In this document: one piece after another, positions 36,501 through 48,121 of the stretch
Position numbering within the stretch: position 1 is the stretch's first letter
Layout of the letters: each line of letters starts with the position of its first letter
NCBI GenBank assembly: GCA_965603825.1
Contig: CBFDEM010000024.1
Coordinates: 248,001 to 312,000 of the forward strand
Length of the DNA: 64,000 nt
Source: Blepharisma stoltei ATCC 30299
Taxonomy: Eukaryota; Protista; Ciliophora
Reading direction: 5' to 3'
The notes under the pieces: generated by a model
What the model was told of the DNA's origin: nothing
What the model saw: only the letters and a program-made list of their open reading frames with translations
Database searches by the model: none
Made by a program: the position numbers and the translations under genes

Positions 36501-37742
36501 ATGAGTCACTCTCGAGCTCGAAGTACAAGCTGTCGAAGATCTTTCGACATAGATCCTACTTATCTCAAGCTTCAAATCGCTTTAAAAGAATGCGAAGAGT
36601 TAAAAGAAACAGTCACCTTTGTCGAATACTATTTAGCCAAATCTAAATCTGATTCAAAAAATCTCACAATCTCTCTTCAGTCCTCAGAAGCTTTTTCCAA
36701 AGAACTCAAAGAAAAACTTAAGTCCCAAATTCTCTTAAACACAAATTTAAACAGAGAAAACAGCACACTCCACTCAGAAATCGAAAAATTGAAATCTCAA
36801 ATAGTCCTTGAGAAAGAAAATCTGAGTTCAAATTCCAATAAATGAGAAGTCGAAAAGCAAGTGTTAAATGAAAAAATCAGAAGTCTTCAAGAAACCTTGA
36901 CTATGGCAAGAGAAGAAATCGATATGTACAGAAGGAAAAAATTCTTAAATAAAACCAAATTAATTACGTTAATGCAAAAAGTAACTGGCGATTGGACAAT
37001 TATGCCTGTTGCTGAAATAGAAGACACAGAAAGGAATTGTGACTCTTCAATAGAGTTTTGTTCAAAGGTGCCAAGGCTCAAAAAGGAAATAACGCGCTTG
37101 GCGAATGATAACGACAAATTAGCAAAAATTATCCAAAAATCTCCAGGGCTTGAATATTTTGCTGAGCTTCAAATTGATTCAGGAAATGTGACATATAACA
37201 ATGAAAAAGCCAAATGCAGGAAAAAGAGCTGTGGCGCTAACTCAGGGACTTTTATAGGGGATGATTGAATTCCTCTTCCTGTTTATAATGCAGTTAGAGA
37301 TTTTAATTCAGCCTATGATGACCCAATACTGAATGCTGCTCTAAATCAGCTTTTGGTGAAGCTTAATTTAATCTGGCAAAAAAGAGAAACGATAAAAGTG
37401 GAAAGAGAAAAAGAAAAAGCTACAAAATTCATCAAAAAAATGAAAAGCAAGGCTTTTTCGCTGAGCCAAACTCCTAGTTCTTTGAGAAAAACATTAAAGC
37501 CTACAAATAAAAAATGCTGTTATTGTCAAAGCAATGATACATATACGGATAAAACAGAAATTTCCAGGAAAATAAAAGACAGATATGAAGATGTGTCAAA
37601 AGCATTGGAAGTGATGATAAAAGAGTATTTCGATATTAAAGACAGGAGCCCAACATCTGCTAGAAGGGATGAAGAATGTTTGATAGTCTCAATCTTAGGT
37701 GTCTTAGGAGAGTTCACTGATAATTTAATATCTATACTTTAA
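36501..37742 (+). CDS. Coiled-coil protein (413 aa)
   Basis: Three track ORFs in frame joined by TGA; first ATG at 36501; long heptad stretches. Confidence 0.75.
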
Positions 37743-37750
37743 ATAAATTA

Positions 37751-38512
37751 TTATAAGTTAGGTAAAACAACTCCTCCATCAATTCTTAAAGTTTGCCCTG
37801 TGATGTATTGGTTTTCAATAATGAATTTCGCTGCAAGTGCAAATTCTGAGGCTTCTCCAAAGCGCCTTAAAGGAATTGCTTTTAATAATTTTTCTGATAC
37901 TTGTGGAGCTATCAAGCTTCCCATCTTGGTTTCAAAAGGTCCTGGTGCAAGAGCAGCCACCCTTATTTTATAATAAGCAAGGTCCCTTGCAAGAGGAAGG
38001 GTCATTCCAATAACTGCGCCTTTGCTGCTAGCATAAGCTACAGTGCCTTGTTGACCTTCAAATCCAGCAACACTTGCAACGTTAACTATGACTCCTCTGT
38101 CCTTTCCAAACATAGGCTGTGAAATCATTTGTTTTGCAACCAATCGAGTCACATTAAAAGTGCCAATGACGTTTATCCTGAATACTTCCTCAAAAGAATC
38201 TAAAGGATGGGCTTCTCCTCTATATAGAGTTCAAGCGGCTAAAGGAACCCCAGCACAGTTAACAAGAACATTTATTTGGCTGAATTTGGAAAGTGTTTCT
38301 TTTATCGCGTCTTCGATGCTTTGGGTATCTCCGATATTTACTTTGCAAAAAATTGAGTTAGGTGATAACTCTGATTCTAAAGATTTGCCTTCTTGCTCGT
38401 TCATGTCCCAGATAGCAACTTTTGCACCACTTTGAGAGAGGAGTCGTGCTGTTGCAGCACCAAGGCCGGAAGCTCCGCCTGTAATGACACAAACTGAGTT
38501 CACCAACCTCAT
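37751..38512 (-). CDS. HSD17B10: 3-hydroxyacyl-CoA dehydrogenase type 2 (HSD10-like SDR)
   Basis: TGGASGLG, VNCAG, VNVASVAGFEGQQG, YASSKG, MTLPLARDLA, RIDGG; one TGA at 38231. Confidence 0.92.
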
Positions 38513-38885
38513 TTTTATTTAATCCAACTCAATACAATTTGCAATGAAAAACACAAATCATGAGGCTTATTATATTGATGTTTTTGTTTGCTTTAGTTAT
38601 GCAGCTATTTATTTATCGTATTTCAGCAATACACATGAATAATATTAAAGCGTTTTAAATCAAAATATGCATTAAATACAATTAATTTTTTCATAAAAAT
38701 ACCAAATAATATAATAATTATTTTTATAAAGACTCACGAAAGATAATGGTCATATATTATGAATGTTTAGCAATACAGTACATTTTGAAAAAGAAACAGG
38801 CCTAGACTCTATTTAAAAGAAAGAGATTTTATAATAGTGCTATTTATCTATCTAATCTAATCCCTAGTAATTTGGCCTTCATAGA

Positions 38886-39350
38886 TTATGATGCATGCAA
38901 TCTTGTTCATTCTGAAGCAATTCTATTGAATTGGACTATATCGCTTTTATATAATCTGCCAGCTTCAGGTTCTGCGCAGTTCTTAATATCAGGAGTCTCT
39001 ACTAGTTTCTGAAGTGAGTCCAATATGCTATTTAAAGAATTCGTTGGGCTATAATTTTTCATTAAACTTATATAGCACATCGTCCCTCCTCTGGCTCTTA
39101 TATTTGGATGATAAATTTTTGTCAGAAATTTAATATCTGGTGACTGAAAAGGATACGTCGAAGGAAATGAAATTTTTATGTAAAATATACCTCCCTTATA
39201 AGGAGAATTATCAGGGCCAACTATTGCTCCAGTTCAGCTGTGTATATTTTCAGAGTTTGTAGGTCATGCTGAATGGAGTGCTGGTGGGCTGTTTTGTATA
39301 TTTTTCAGTTCTTTTGTAATTCTAGTCTTATTGGAGTCTCTAGACCTCAT
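38886..39350 (-). CDS. Divergent Ubc4/5-like E2 ubiquitin-conjugating enzyme (154 aa), missed by the ORF track
   Basis: RITKELKN..., GPDNSPYKGGIF, FPSTYPFQSP, KIYHPNIRARGGTMC (catalytic Cys kept), ASEWTRLHAS; all three Trp are TGA. Confidence 0.9.
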
Positions 39351-39358
39351 TTTATTAT

Positions 39359-39419
39359 AAGAATCAATATTAATCTATTCATTCTTTATTAGAAGAATCA
39401 ATATTAATTTATTCATTCT
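39359..39419. repeat. Two direct copies of a 27-nt element (period 34) just upstream of the divergent E2
   Basis: aagaatcaatattaat(c/t)tattcattct at 39359-39385 and 39393-39419. Confidence 0.85.
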
Positions 39420-39965
39420 ACAATTACACTTTTTTTTTAAAACCAAAATTATGGATATTGAGTACTTTTTACTTATAGTGCCATTATGTGGTAGCTTTTA
39501 AGTAAATTTCTTTACCCCTAACTCTGCTCGCCATTATATTACCGCGCACTCAAATGCAAGTTCGAATAATTTTAATTAATTGCTTACTCCCTATTTATTC
39601 GAATTAGATGACTCTAAACCAACCTCTGCTCACCTTAGGTCGAAAAGCCTAGATTTTATGAAGAACAAAGATTGGCGCATGCATAGCTTATTTAATGCTA
39701 TAAATTTAGTTAAGAGAGAATATCATGCATCTTTCTCTAATTTAATTTACTATTTCCTCTAAAACACCATGACTTTAAATATCTTATATTGTAATTTAGG
39801 TAATTATATATTTATATCCTTCTAAAATGAACAGGAAATTGCTCAGCTGGCACTATTACAAGAAGCTAAAGCTCAAAAATAAGCCAAAAATGATAATTTT
39901 CCATCTTGTAGAAACCTTATTAACTTAATACTTATGATTTTAAAGATTCATAAACAGTAAATTAC

Positions 39966-40412
<447 letters not shown>

Positions 40413-40754
40413 TTATTATAATAGAGTTCTAACTTAAATTAAATTTATCAACATCTTTTGTATAAAATGCTATCCCTATTTCTTCTGACCAAAGTTGCAT
40501 AGAAAAAATTTCTAAGTTGCGAAATGGAGAGGGAAAAGCGGCAAGGAAGAAGGAAAATTTATTTGAATCTAAACTTGAACCTCTAAAAATTTTATTGGAA
40601 AAGTTATAAGGTTCTTGCAAAGAGAAGACTCTGGAACCTTTAAAACTCCATTATTTCGATGAAGATAATGATATTTTATTTTTAACTCTTAAGGGATTAG
40701 AAATGAAATTTCTTTCCAAATCAATAAAATCAGGTTCTATTAGGATAATAATAA

Positions 40755-40988
40755 TTAATTATATTTGCTTAATTGTAAAATCATATGAATTACAGCACCA
40801 GCAGTAAGATTGTAGTCGCTTAGCCTACTTTCGTCATTCAGCTGTCGTCTTTCAAAAATTAAGCGAAACTGTTCGACACTGATTCCTTCCTTCTCTTGCA
40901 ACGCTTGTTTCACTTGAATAACAATGTTATCGAGCTCAAAGTTCATGGGTTTCTCCTTCCCAGTCAGAGTTTTTATAATTATTTGCAT
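40755..40988 (-). CDS. NEDD8/Rub1-like ubiquitin-like protein lacking the C-terminal GG
   Basis: MQIIIKTLTGKE...KEGI..EQ.RLIF...QL.D; ends MILQLSKYN instead of LRGG. Confidence 0.8.
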   Translation of the reverse strand: MQIIIKTLTGKEKPMNFELDNIVIQVKQALQEKEGISVEQFRLIFERRQLNDESRLSDYNLTAGAVIHMILQLSKYN

Positions 40989-41140
40989 GATTCCTTAATT
41001 ATACAAAAATTAAAAAATAAGACCGCGATATCTTCTAAATAAACAATTGCATCATGGCAAGCTGCTCTATTTTACCGTTTTTCAATTAAAATTTTTCAGC
41101 ATAATTTAATTTGAATAATAATTGAAATGATTTAATTTTA

Positions 41141-42004
41141 TTATTTATGGCCCTCATGCTTTTTCTTTTTCTTTTCTTCATCAGAAGAGCTTGAAGAAGA
41201 TGATGACTTTTTATGTTTCTTTTCGTGATTCTTCTCTCCTTCTTTCTTCTCCTCAACTTCTACTTTATCTTTAATTGGCTCAGCCTTTTTCTGGGCTAAA
41301 AGTCCAGCGAATTTTGAGCTTGTAGCTGCTGATGGCTTTTGCTTTAAAACAAAGCTTCTAATTCCTGTTGGCGTTAAAAGTTTAGCTGTTTCTATATCTT
41401 CAAAAGTCTTTAAAAAATTCGCCAATGAAACATTTTCATCAGAAGTCTTTGTAAGCCCAATAAATCTATTCGCTAAAGGTGGTTTTGCTTTATCTTTTAA
41501 TTGGATCAGGGATAAAGCATATTTTTTAATATCATCTTCAGTCATCTGAAAGTGCGGATTTTCATTGAACAAGCGGGGAAGCCGATTTACTGAAATTTCG
41601 ATCATATCTTCAACTAATCCAAATATCTCCACTTTTGCAATAGCTTTGGCGTTTATGTGGTCACGGGTTTGGAATAAAAGCTTGGCTTTTTCTTTGGAAT
41701 TAGATTGACTTAGCATAATCCCAAGAACTAAGAGATGGCGCATATGAAATTTGCCTTCAGGGCCTTTGAAAAGATTGAAGAATTCAACAACCTTTTTATT
41801 TTGGGCGGTGTTGTCGGCTTTGAGATTTAAAGTTGAGACAATATCTCGCCATTGTTCGGCATTAATTTCATTGTTTGAAGAGTATTTCCTATGGCAATAG
41901 TCTACCATTTGGCTGCTGCATTTATTATATTGAAGGATATTTTCTGCATTAACAAGGCATTGCTCTTCTGGTGTGAGTTCTGATCGACTGTCAGCGCAGC
42001 CCAT
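41141..42004 (-). CDS. N-acylated (MGC) protein with calcineurin-B/EF-hand-like core and Lys/Ser-rich tail
   Basis: MGCADS myristoyl/palmitoyl start; KEKAKLLF motif typical of CBL/NCS-type proteins; EF loops degenerate. Confidence 0.7.
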   Translation of the reverse strand: MGCADSRSELTPEEQCLVNAENILQYNKCSSQMVDYCHRKYSSNNEINAEQWRDIVSTLNLKADNTAQNKKVVEFFNLFKGPEGKFHMRHLLVLGIMLSQSNSKEKAKLLFQTRDHINAKAIAKVEIFGLVEDMIEISVNRLPRLFNENPHFQMTEDDIKKYALSLIQLKDKAKPPLANRFIGLTKTSDENVSLANFLKTFEDIETAKLLTPTGIRSFVLKQKPSAATSSKFAGLLAQKKAEPIKDKVEVEEKKEGEKNHEKKHKKSSSSSSSSDEEKKKKKHEGHK

Positions 42005-42327
42005 ATTTATGGAAAACGACTACTAGTGATATCAGCGATTAGTTATTGGGTGTTTTTAAACCAAAAGCTTTGATATAAAATACTTAAAAGTCAATCAATG
42101 ATATATTATGAAGCATACCCACAGAACATTAATTAATTTAAAATTATCAATAAATGAGAATTGTAGATGGTGGTCTTAAAAATGTTAAAATATCTTTTAA
42201 ATTTTATTCAGAGATCCTTATATAAGGTTCTAAAAATCTAAATGAAGTTTTTTTGCCTGTCTGATAAATAAGCTTGCGCCATTTATTACCATCTTCATAG
42301 ATTTACTAATTAATTATGATAAATAAT

Positions 42328-42690
42328 TTATGAGAGTTTAACAGAAAGCCAAACCTTTAAAGGTAGTAAAATTGGTGCAAGTGCAATATTGGATGGAATA
42401 AGTTCTAAGATAGAAATGGCTAGCCTTCCTCTTTCTTGTGGATTTAAGTTTTTTGGATATTTCATGTTGCTTGCTCTCTTTTCCAAAGCACTGTATCCAT
42501 TTTTTAAGAATGATATTGGGAGTACGGCAACTAATCTTTTTGTTGGGGAAAATGCATAGATAAGGTACCATAGCCCTAGCATTGAAATTGCACTTATGCC
42601 AAGCATATATCGTGCTGATTTAGTGATTTTTTCTTTTGGAACATGTCTTTTTTCAAGCATCTGCTCCATGCGATGATACATACCAGACAT
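42328..42690 (-). CDS. Small hypothetical membrane protein (120 aa)
   Basis: ATG to TAA ORF with two hydrophobic segments. Confidence 0.65.
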   Translation of the reverse strand: MSGMYHRMEQMLEKRHVPKEKITKSARYMLGISAISMLGLWYLIYAFSPTKRLVAVLPISFLKNGYSALEKRASNMKYPKNLNPQERGRLAISILELIPSNIALAPILLPLKVWLSVKLS

Positions 42691-43272
42691 CTTTAAATAT
42701 TTAATGGTTATCCATTTAATTTATTCTTAAGCAGATAGCAGTAATTGCTGAAAATTAATGCGCTTAGCTTAAAGCACATTCAACTCCAACAAGTAGGTTT
42801 ATATTAACAAAATATGAGTTTTATTTTACCGATCAGAAGGAAAATTGATTGTGTATTAAAAAACTTATTTCAATGGAACATTTCTATCCAATCTATATTT
42901 TAAAATAGCAGCTAAGAATTAATTTATTTAATTGAATCGTAAGATTTTTAGCAGTTTGCTGCAATACATATATCAATGATGAGACATATTTTATATTGAT
43001 CTCAGATCTTTTAATAAAATAATGGAACAAAAAACAATTTTTGAATAAACTAGCAGTGAAGAAAATGAACTTAAAAATTATAGAAAATCGTTAAAATTTA
43101 AGAGAAAATTTTAAAAGCTTTTATTTGCAAACAATTAAAATAAAGAAAGATTAGAAAAAATCAGTTATGAATTGTAAACAAATAAATAATGTTTAGAATT
43201 AAAATATATTAATTCTCATTGAATAAAAGACTCATCACCCTTCTAAAACATCTCAGGTTTGATCACAAATAA

Positions 43273-43893
43273 ATGGAGCCTTCGCAGGAATTTAAAATTG
43301 TCACTCTTGGAGAAGGAAGGGTTGGCAAGACCTCCCTCACTCTCAAGGCTGCCCGTGGACAGTTTCACGAAGATGAAAGATCTACAGTCAATGCAAACTT
43401 TCTTCAAAAAGACATCAATTTACAAGGCACCTCGGTCAGACTTCACTTATGGGACACAGCAGGCCAAGAACGTTTTCGCGCTTTAGCGCCGAATTATTAT
43501 AGAGGTGCCAAAGGAGCAATAGTTGTCTATGACATCACTGACAGATCTTCTTTTGACCGTGTAGTTTCATGGGTGAAAGAACTCTCCATGCAGGCTGATA
43601 AAGATATCTGTATAGTCATAGCAGGCAATAAATGTGATAAAGAAAAAGAACGGCAAATATCCAAAGCAGAAGCCATGGAATATGCCAGAAGAGTCGGCGT
43701 TTTGCATTTTGATACGAGTGCAAAAACTGGCTTAGGAGTTGAAGAAATATTCCAAGAACTTGCAAAGCTTGTTTATCAGGCACAAAGCCAAAAAACACAA
43801 AATTCTGGGGTAGGAGGACATAAAAGTAGAAAGGGGAAGAAAATAGTGATTCAGAAAGAAAATCAAACGGAGAAGAAAAAAGACTGCTGCTAA
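43273..43893 (+). CDS. RAB21: Rab21-like small GTPase
   Basis: [43 protein letters not shown], terminal CC. Confidence 0.85.
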   Translation: MEPSQEFKIVTLGEGRVGKTSLTLKAARGQFHEDERSTVNANFLQKDINLQGTSVRLHLWDTAGQERFRALAPNYYRGAKGAIVVYDITDRSSFDRVVSWVKELSMQADKDICIVIAGNKCDKEKERQISKAEAMEYARRVGVLHFDTSAKTGLGVEEIFQELAKLVYQAQSQKTQNSGVGGHKSRKGKKIVIQKENQTEKKKDCC

Positions 43894-43916
43894 TTAAGGT
43901 TATTGTATAACATAAT

Positions 43917-45185
43917 TTACATGCGCTTTTTGAGACTGAAATAGCCGATTAGTGCTGCTGCTGCCAACGGGAAGATAGCTGCTTTTCCTATTCTGCTTGC
44001 TAGTTTTTGTTGCTTAGCACTTTCTTTCTTTTGCTTTTTTAATTGGCTTTGCTCCAAAAATACACGGTCAGACAAAATCTTGGTGCTTTTTATTGCTGAC
44101 TGCAGAAAATAGCCAATTAAAAATCTATTGAACAATAAATAGTCACAGTGTCTGGGGTTGTTCATATCTGCGATTCCTCAAGGATATTGTCGTCCGTAAA
44201 TACATCTTTCATTCAACTCTACTAAGGTTATCCCAGAAATGATTGCAAATGGCGGAGATAATCCTAGCGGCCCAGAAAACAGTTCATCTTTCAAAGATCC
44301 TAAGCAGCTTACACAATCAAAAAAAACTATATCTTCATATTGAGCCTGCTTGATAATGTTTTTCTTAAATCTTTTTATTTCTTCAATAGTGCAAATGTCT
44401 GCTTTTGCTAGAATAGGTATAACGTTTACGTATTTTTGCAAGATTTTTAATGCATAAATATCATTTTCCTTCAATTTTGGACCCTCAACAAAATACATGC
44501 AAAGATGAATCCTTGTGTCGTCTTTAATTGTTTCTGGGTTTGAAGAATTTCGCTTGTAAAATAACTTGATTTGTGTGATCAGGAATCTCTCGATGTAATT
44601 GATCCACGCTTTTATGTCTTTGAAATCACCACCATAGCCAGGGGTGTCAACCATATCAACTAGCAAAGTCAGATTATCCAATGTTTTTACAGCTTGATTA
44701 TGGGTAATATCTTTTGTGGCTGGATAAATTCCTTTGTCTTCATGAAAAATAGAGCTGGAGATGTCAAAAAATTTGAGTGCAAGGTAGGTCTGAATAAAAG
44801 TAGATTTCCCTAAGCCAGAATCTCCAGCCAGCATTATATTAAAATGAACTCTGCCTTCTAATCCGAGACTAAGTAAAATGTTCATATCATGATCTAAAGT
44901 ATCACTTGAAAGGCTTGAGGGCGAGGAGTTTGTGTTGCTTGAATCAAAATAGACTGATTTTACTGTGGAGGTAGATGATATTTTACGAAAGAGATAAGGC
45001 TCACTTTGTTCTTCTTGGTTATAATACATCATGGCTAAAGGCATGTTTTCTTGGATTTCTTGTAGTTCCGCAATATTATGAATTTGGTTGTCTCTCAAGA
45101 ATTTCGCCATGATAGATTCCTCTTCAGGTAAGTTTAAGACTTGCTCTAAATTTTCACGAGTCAGATTTCTTTTTCCAGACATCAT
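43917..45185 (-). CDS. Septin with C-terminal hydrophobic tail anchor (422 aa)
   Basis: FNIMLAGDSGLGKSTF, VDTPGYG, DTRIHLCMYF, VNVIPILAKAD, GRQYP-W(TGA)-G, HCDY; tail AAIFPLAAAALIGYFSLKKRM. Confidence 0.9.
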
Positions 45186-45298
45186 TGTTATCAATTTTAG
45201 ATGCAAAAAGAAAAATATAAATTAATGCCGGTTTATTATAAAATTTAGGAGACTCAAATTTTAAAAAATACTGATTATTAAATGGATGATTTGAAATG

Positions 45299-46237
45299 TT
45301 AGTCTAAATCATATAACCCATCAGAATGTATATCAAAAGTAAGGAGATCTTCAGTAAGACCCCCTTTTATCATTGTCGCACATCTTTGGCTGCTATTTTC
45401 TGCAATTCCTAAATAAAGACTGCTACTTAAAACTGAGCTTCAAGACTCACCAAATTGAGGTTTTTGTCCTCTGCCTTCATGAAAAGTAATTTTATTTGCC
45501 ACAACGACAGCAAGTTTTCTGCTGCATGCAAGCTCTTGCATCTTAAGTCCAATTCTTGTCATAATTTTTGCTTTTTGAACATTGCTTGCAGTTTGCATTT
45601 CTTTAAGCAAAAATCCAATTGAATCAATGACAATCAGTTTGCAATTTAATTTTAAATATTGGGCGATATTATCTAAAAGCAGCAATAGCTGCTGCTCCGA
45701 AGTAACTCTTACATAGTCAATATTTTCTCATGTTTTTCTTTTATTTATTTCAATCCCTCAATTTTTAAGGAAATAGCTTGCATACCCTTCTGTAATTTGT
45801 CTCAACCTTGATTGTGAAAAATTTCCATCTGTGTCAATATATAAGCTGCAGCCATTTAATCCTCCAAGTTCTTCAGGGATTTGCACTGTATGGCAAATTT
45901 GCATAAGAATTTGTGTTTTTCCCATTCCTGGGCATCCAACAATTTCATGAACCCCGCCTAATCTAATTCCGTTTCCTAATACTTTATCAATATTTTTGCA
46001 AAGAGTAACGATCCTATCATTGATGACTCTCTGGTCTCTTAAGTAGGAATCTATTTTATTTTCATATATATGAGCCTGCTTAATTAGATCTTCAATTTGA
46101 ACTTCAGAAATTTTGGTTTCTTTTGATATTTGAGCAGAATTTGATTTTAAAAGGTCAGATAGACTTATAAAGCCATGCTTTAGAAGCTTTGTCTTTATAA
46201 ATGCAGTTGTATCAAGCAATGAAATTTCCCCATACAT
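45299..46237 (-). CDS. RAD51C: RAD51 paralog, RAD51C-like (312 aa)
   Basis: EIVGCPGMGKTQ Walker A, VQIPEELGGLNG..LYIDTDG, LIVIDSI Walker B, FGES-W; joined through TGA codons to TAA at 45299. Confidence 0.85.
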
Positions 46238-47192
46238 AAATAAATTTATAAATGAGAAAATTATAAGTAACTTAAAGTGCCAGATTTCTTCATTCACATA
46301 GAGCTATTATGTGTTACAATAAATGCTTATTGGGCTCAATCAAACTATATAAGACCAAAGATATGAAAAAAAGAAAACTATCAATTTAATTTTGGCTCAT
46401 ATTAATATAAATTTAAAGAATTAGTGTGTAGATGTGTATTCGGATTAAATGATTTATCTTGGTGCATAAATCTTTTGAATTTGTAATATGGGCAAAAGGT
46501 GGATGAACTACTGCAGCAATTTTGGGGAACTGATTGGGAGCAGCAGCAGCATGGAATGAGTCTTATATAAAATCTCCTTTGTAAGCAAATATCTTTGATA
46601 GCTTAGTTTTTTAAATAATGGAAAATATCACATGTGAAGAATATATAGTTTGTCAGAATAATTATGAATTCTAATTTTTAAATTATTAGTGATATTTTTA
46701 TAAATCACTTGCTGTTGGAAAAGCTATGTGAAGTATTCAAATATACAAAGTGCAGCGATTTGCAATGGCTATTGATAGATGACGAACAATAGAATTCAAT
46801 AGAACTTATTGCTAAGGAAGCTTATTATTACAATTTATCAAAAGTCGTCTATAAAAAATTTGTCTTTTAGATTCTTATTAAATATGTATAATAATTTAAA
46901 TTTTGCCAGAAAACCAAAAATATAAATAATGATTCTTTATATTACTTTGGAATAATTTTAATTAGAAAAACCATAAGAAAAATAGAAATGGAAGCTTAAA
47001 AGTTGTAGTCTTATTAAAATTCCAGTTTTCTAGAGCCAATTATTAATAAATTTCTTCTTTTCTTCAATAATATATCTCTCAAAAAATAGTTTTCCATACT
47101 TTATGTTAAAAAAACAGTTTAATGCATCTTAAAAATAAATCTCTAGAAGTATCAAAGCTATTTTTGGTGAACTATTAATAAACCAGTTAATA

Positions 47193-48041
47193 ATGGACGA
47201 ATCAGACAAAGCTTATCTTCGCAAGCTGAACTCCATGGACAGCTTCACCAGCCTAAGCAGCTTTTCAACATCTCAAACTTCCTCATCAAGCTTTATGAGC
47301 AAATCCTTATCATTAAAGCCTGATGGGAGCCCAGATTTAAAAAACGACAACAAGTGTCACATTTGTGACAAAAAGTTTTCTCTTACCAACAGGCGCCACC
47401 ACTGTCGCTATTGTGGAAATTCCATATGTGAAGATCACAGCATCAAGCGTCGGGTTAATGGCGAAGCTAAAAAAATAAGGATGTGTGACAATTGCGACAG
47501 AGAAATAATTTCTGGAGAGATCAAGGACGAAATAGAAAACGAAATCAGCAGGCTACAAAATGAAGTTCAACTAGTAAGAGAGCTGAACGAAAGACTAGCT
47601 AAAGAACACAGCGAAAAGTTCTCAAAGGTGAATAATCTGGAAGCAGAACTAACTAACGCAGAAAAAGCACAAAAACAAAAAGAACAGACTTTGCAAGACA
47701 AGCTAAATCTAGAGCTAGAAAGAGGTGAAAAAGCAAGAGCAGAAGTCGACGAACTGAGAAGAGCTTTAGAGCAGTCCCACACATGTGAAAGAGAAATCGG
47801 CGACAAGTGCACAGCATATGAAGCAAGACTTGCCAACCTAAAATCAGAGTCAGAAACCTTAAGAGAAAGAAAAGAAGAATTGATCAACCAGGTCGAGCAC
47901 TTGACAAATAAATTGAAAGGAAGCTTGCCTCTTGACCAAATCAAGATGGTCCTATGCCCCAGGTGCCAGCAAAAGCTGAACCAGACTTATCGTCCATTTT
48001 CTATGAACGGCTCAGTGCTCGAAGATGAAGGGGAGTCCTAA
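47193..48041 (+). CDS. FYVE zinc-finger plus coiled-coil protein
   Basis: CHICDKKFSLTNRRHHCRYCGNSICEDH...RMCDNC followed by a long coiled coil. Confidence 0.9.
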   Translation: MDESDKAYLRKLNSMDSFTSLSSFSTSQTSSSSFMSKSLSLKPDGSPDLKNDNKCHICDKKFSLTNRRHHCRYCGNSICEDHSIKRRVNGEAKKIRMCDNCDREIISGEIKDEIENEISRLQNEVQLVRELNERLAKEHSEKFSKVNNLEAELTNAEKAQKQKEQTLQDKLNLELERGEKARAEVDELRRALEQSHTCEREIGDKCTAYEARLANLKSESETLRERKEELINQVEHLTNKLKGSLPLDQIKMVLCPRCQQKLNQTYRPFSMNGSVLEDEGES

Positions 48042-48121
48042 ATGCTAAAGCTAAAGACATGACCGAGTTTTATGTCTGATTAAAATAGATTTGCTTTAAT
48101 ATGAAATGGATATAAAAAGTA

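Noticed and set aside
39580-39762. 60-aa ORF between the two E2 genes
   Set aside because: TTG start, no motif; no ncRNA family recognisable either.
40720-40770. Hidden intron restoring RGG to the NEDD8-like gene
   Set aside because: No GT donor or downstream Gly-Gly codons at a suitable distance.
46485-46585. GC-richer patch with GCA repeats in a long intergenic region
   Set aside because: Short open frames on both strands but no convincing start, motif or RNA structure; may be a decayed gene fragment.
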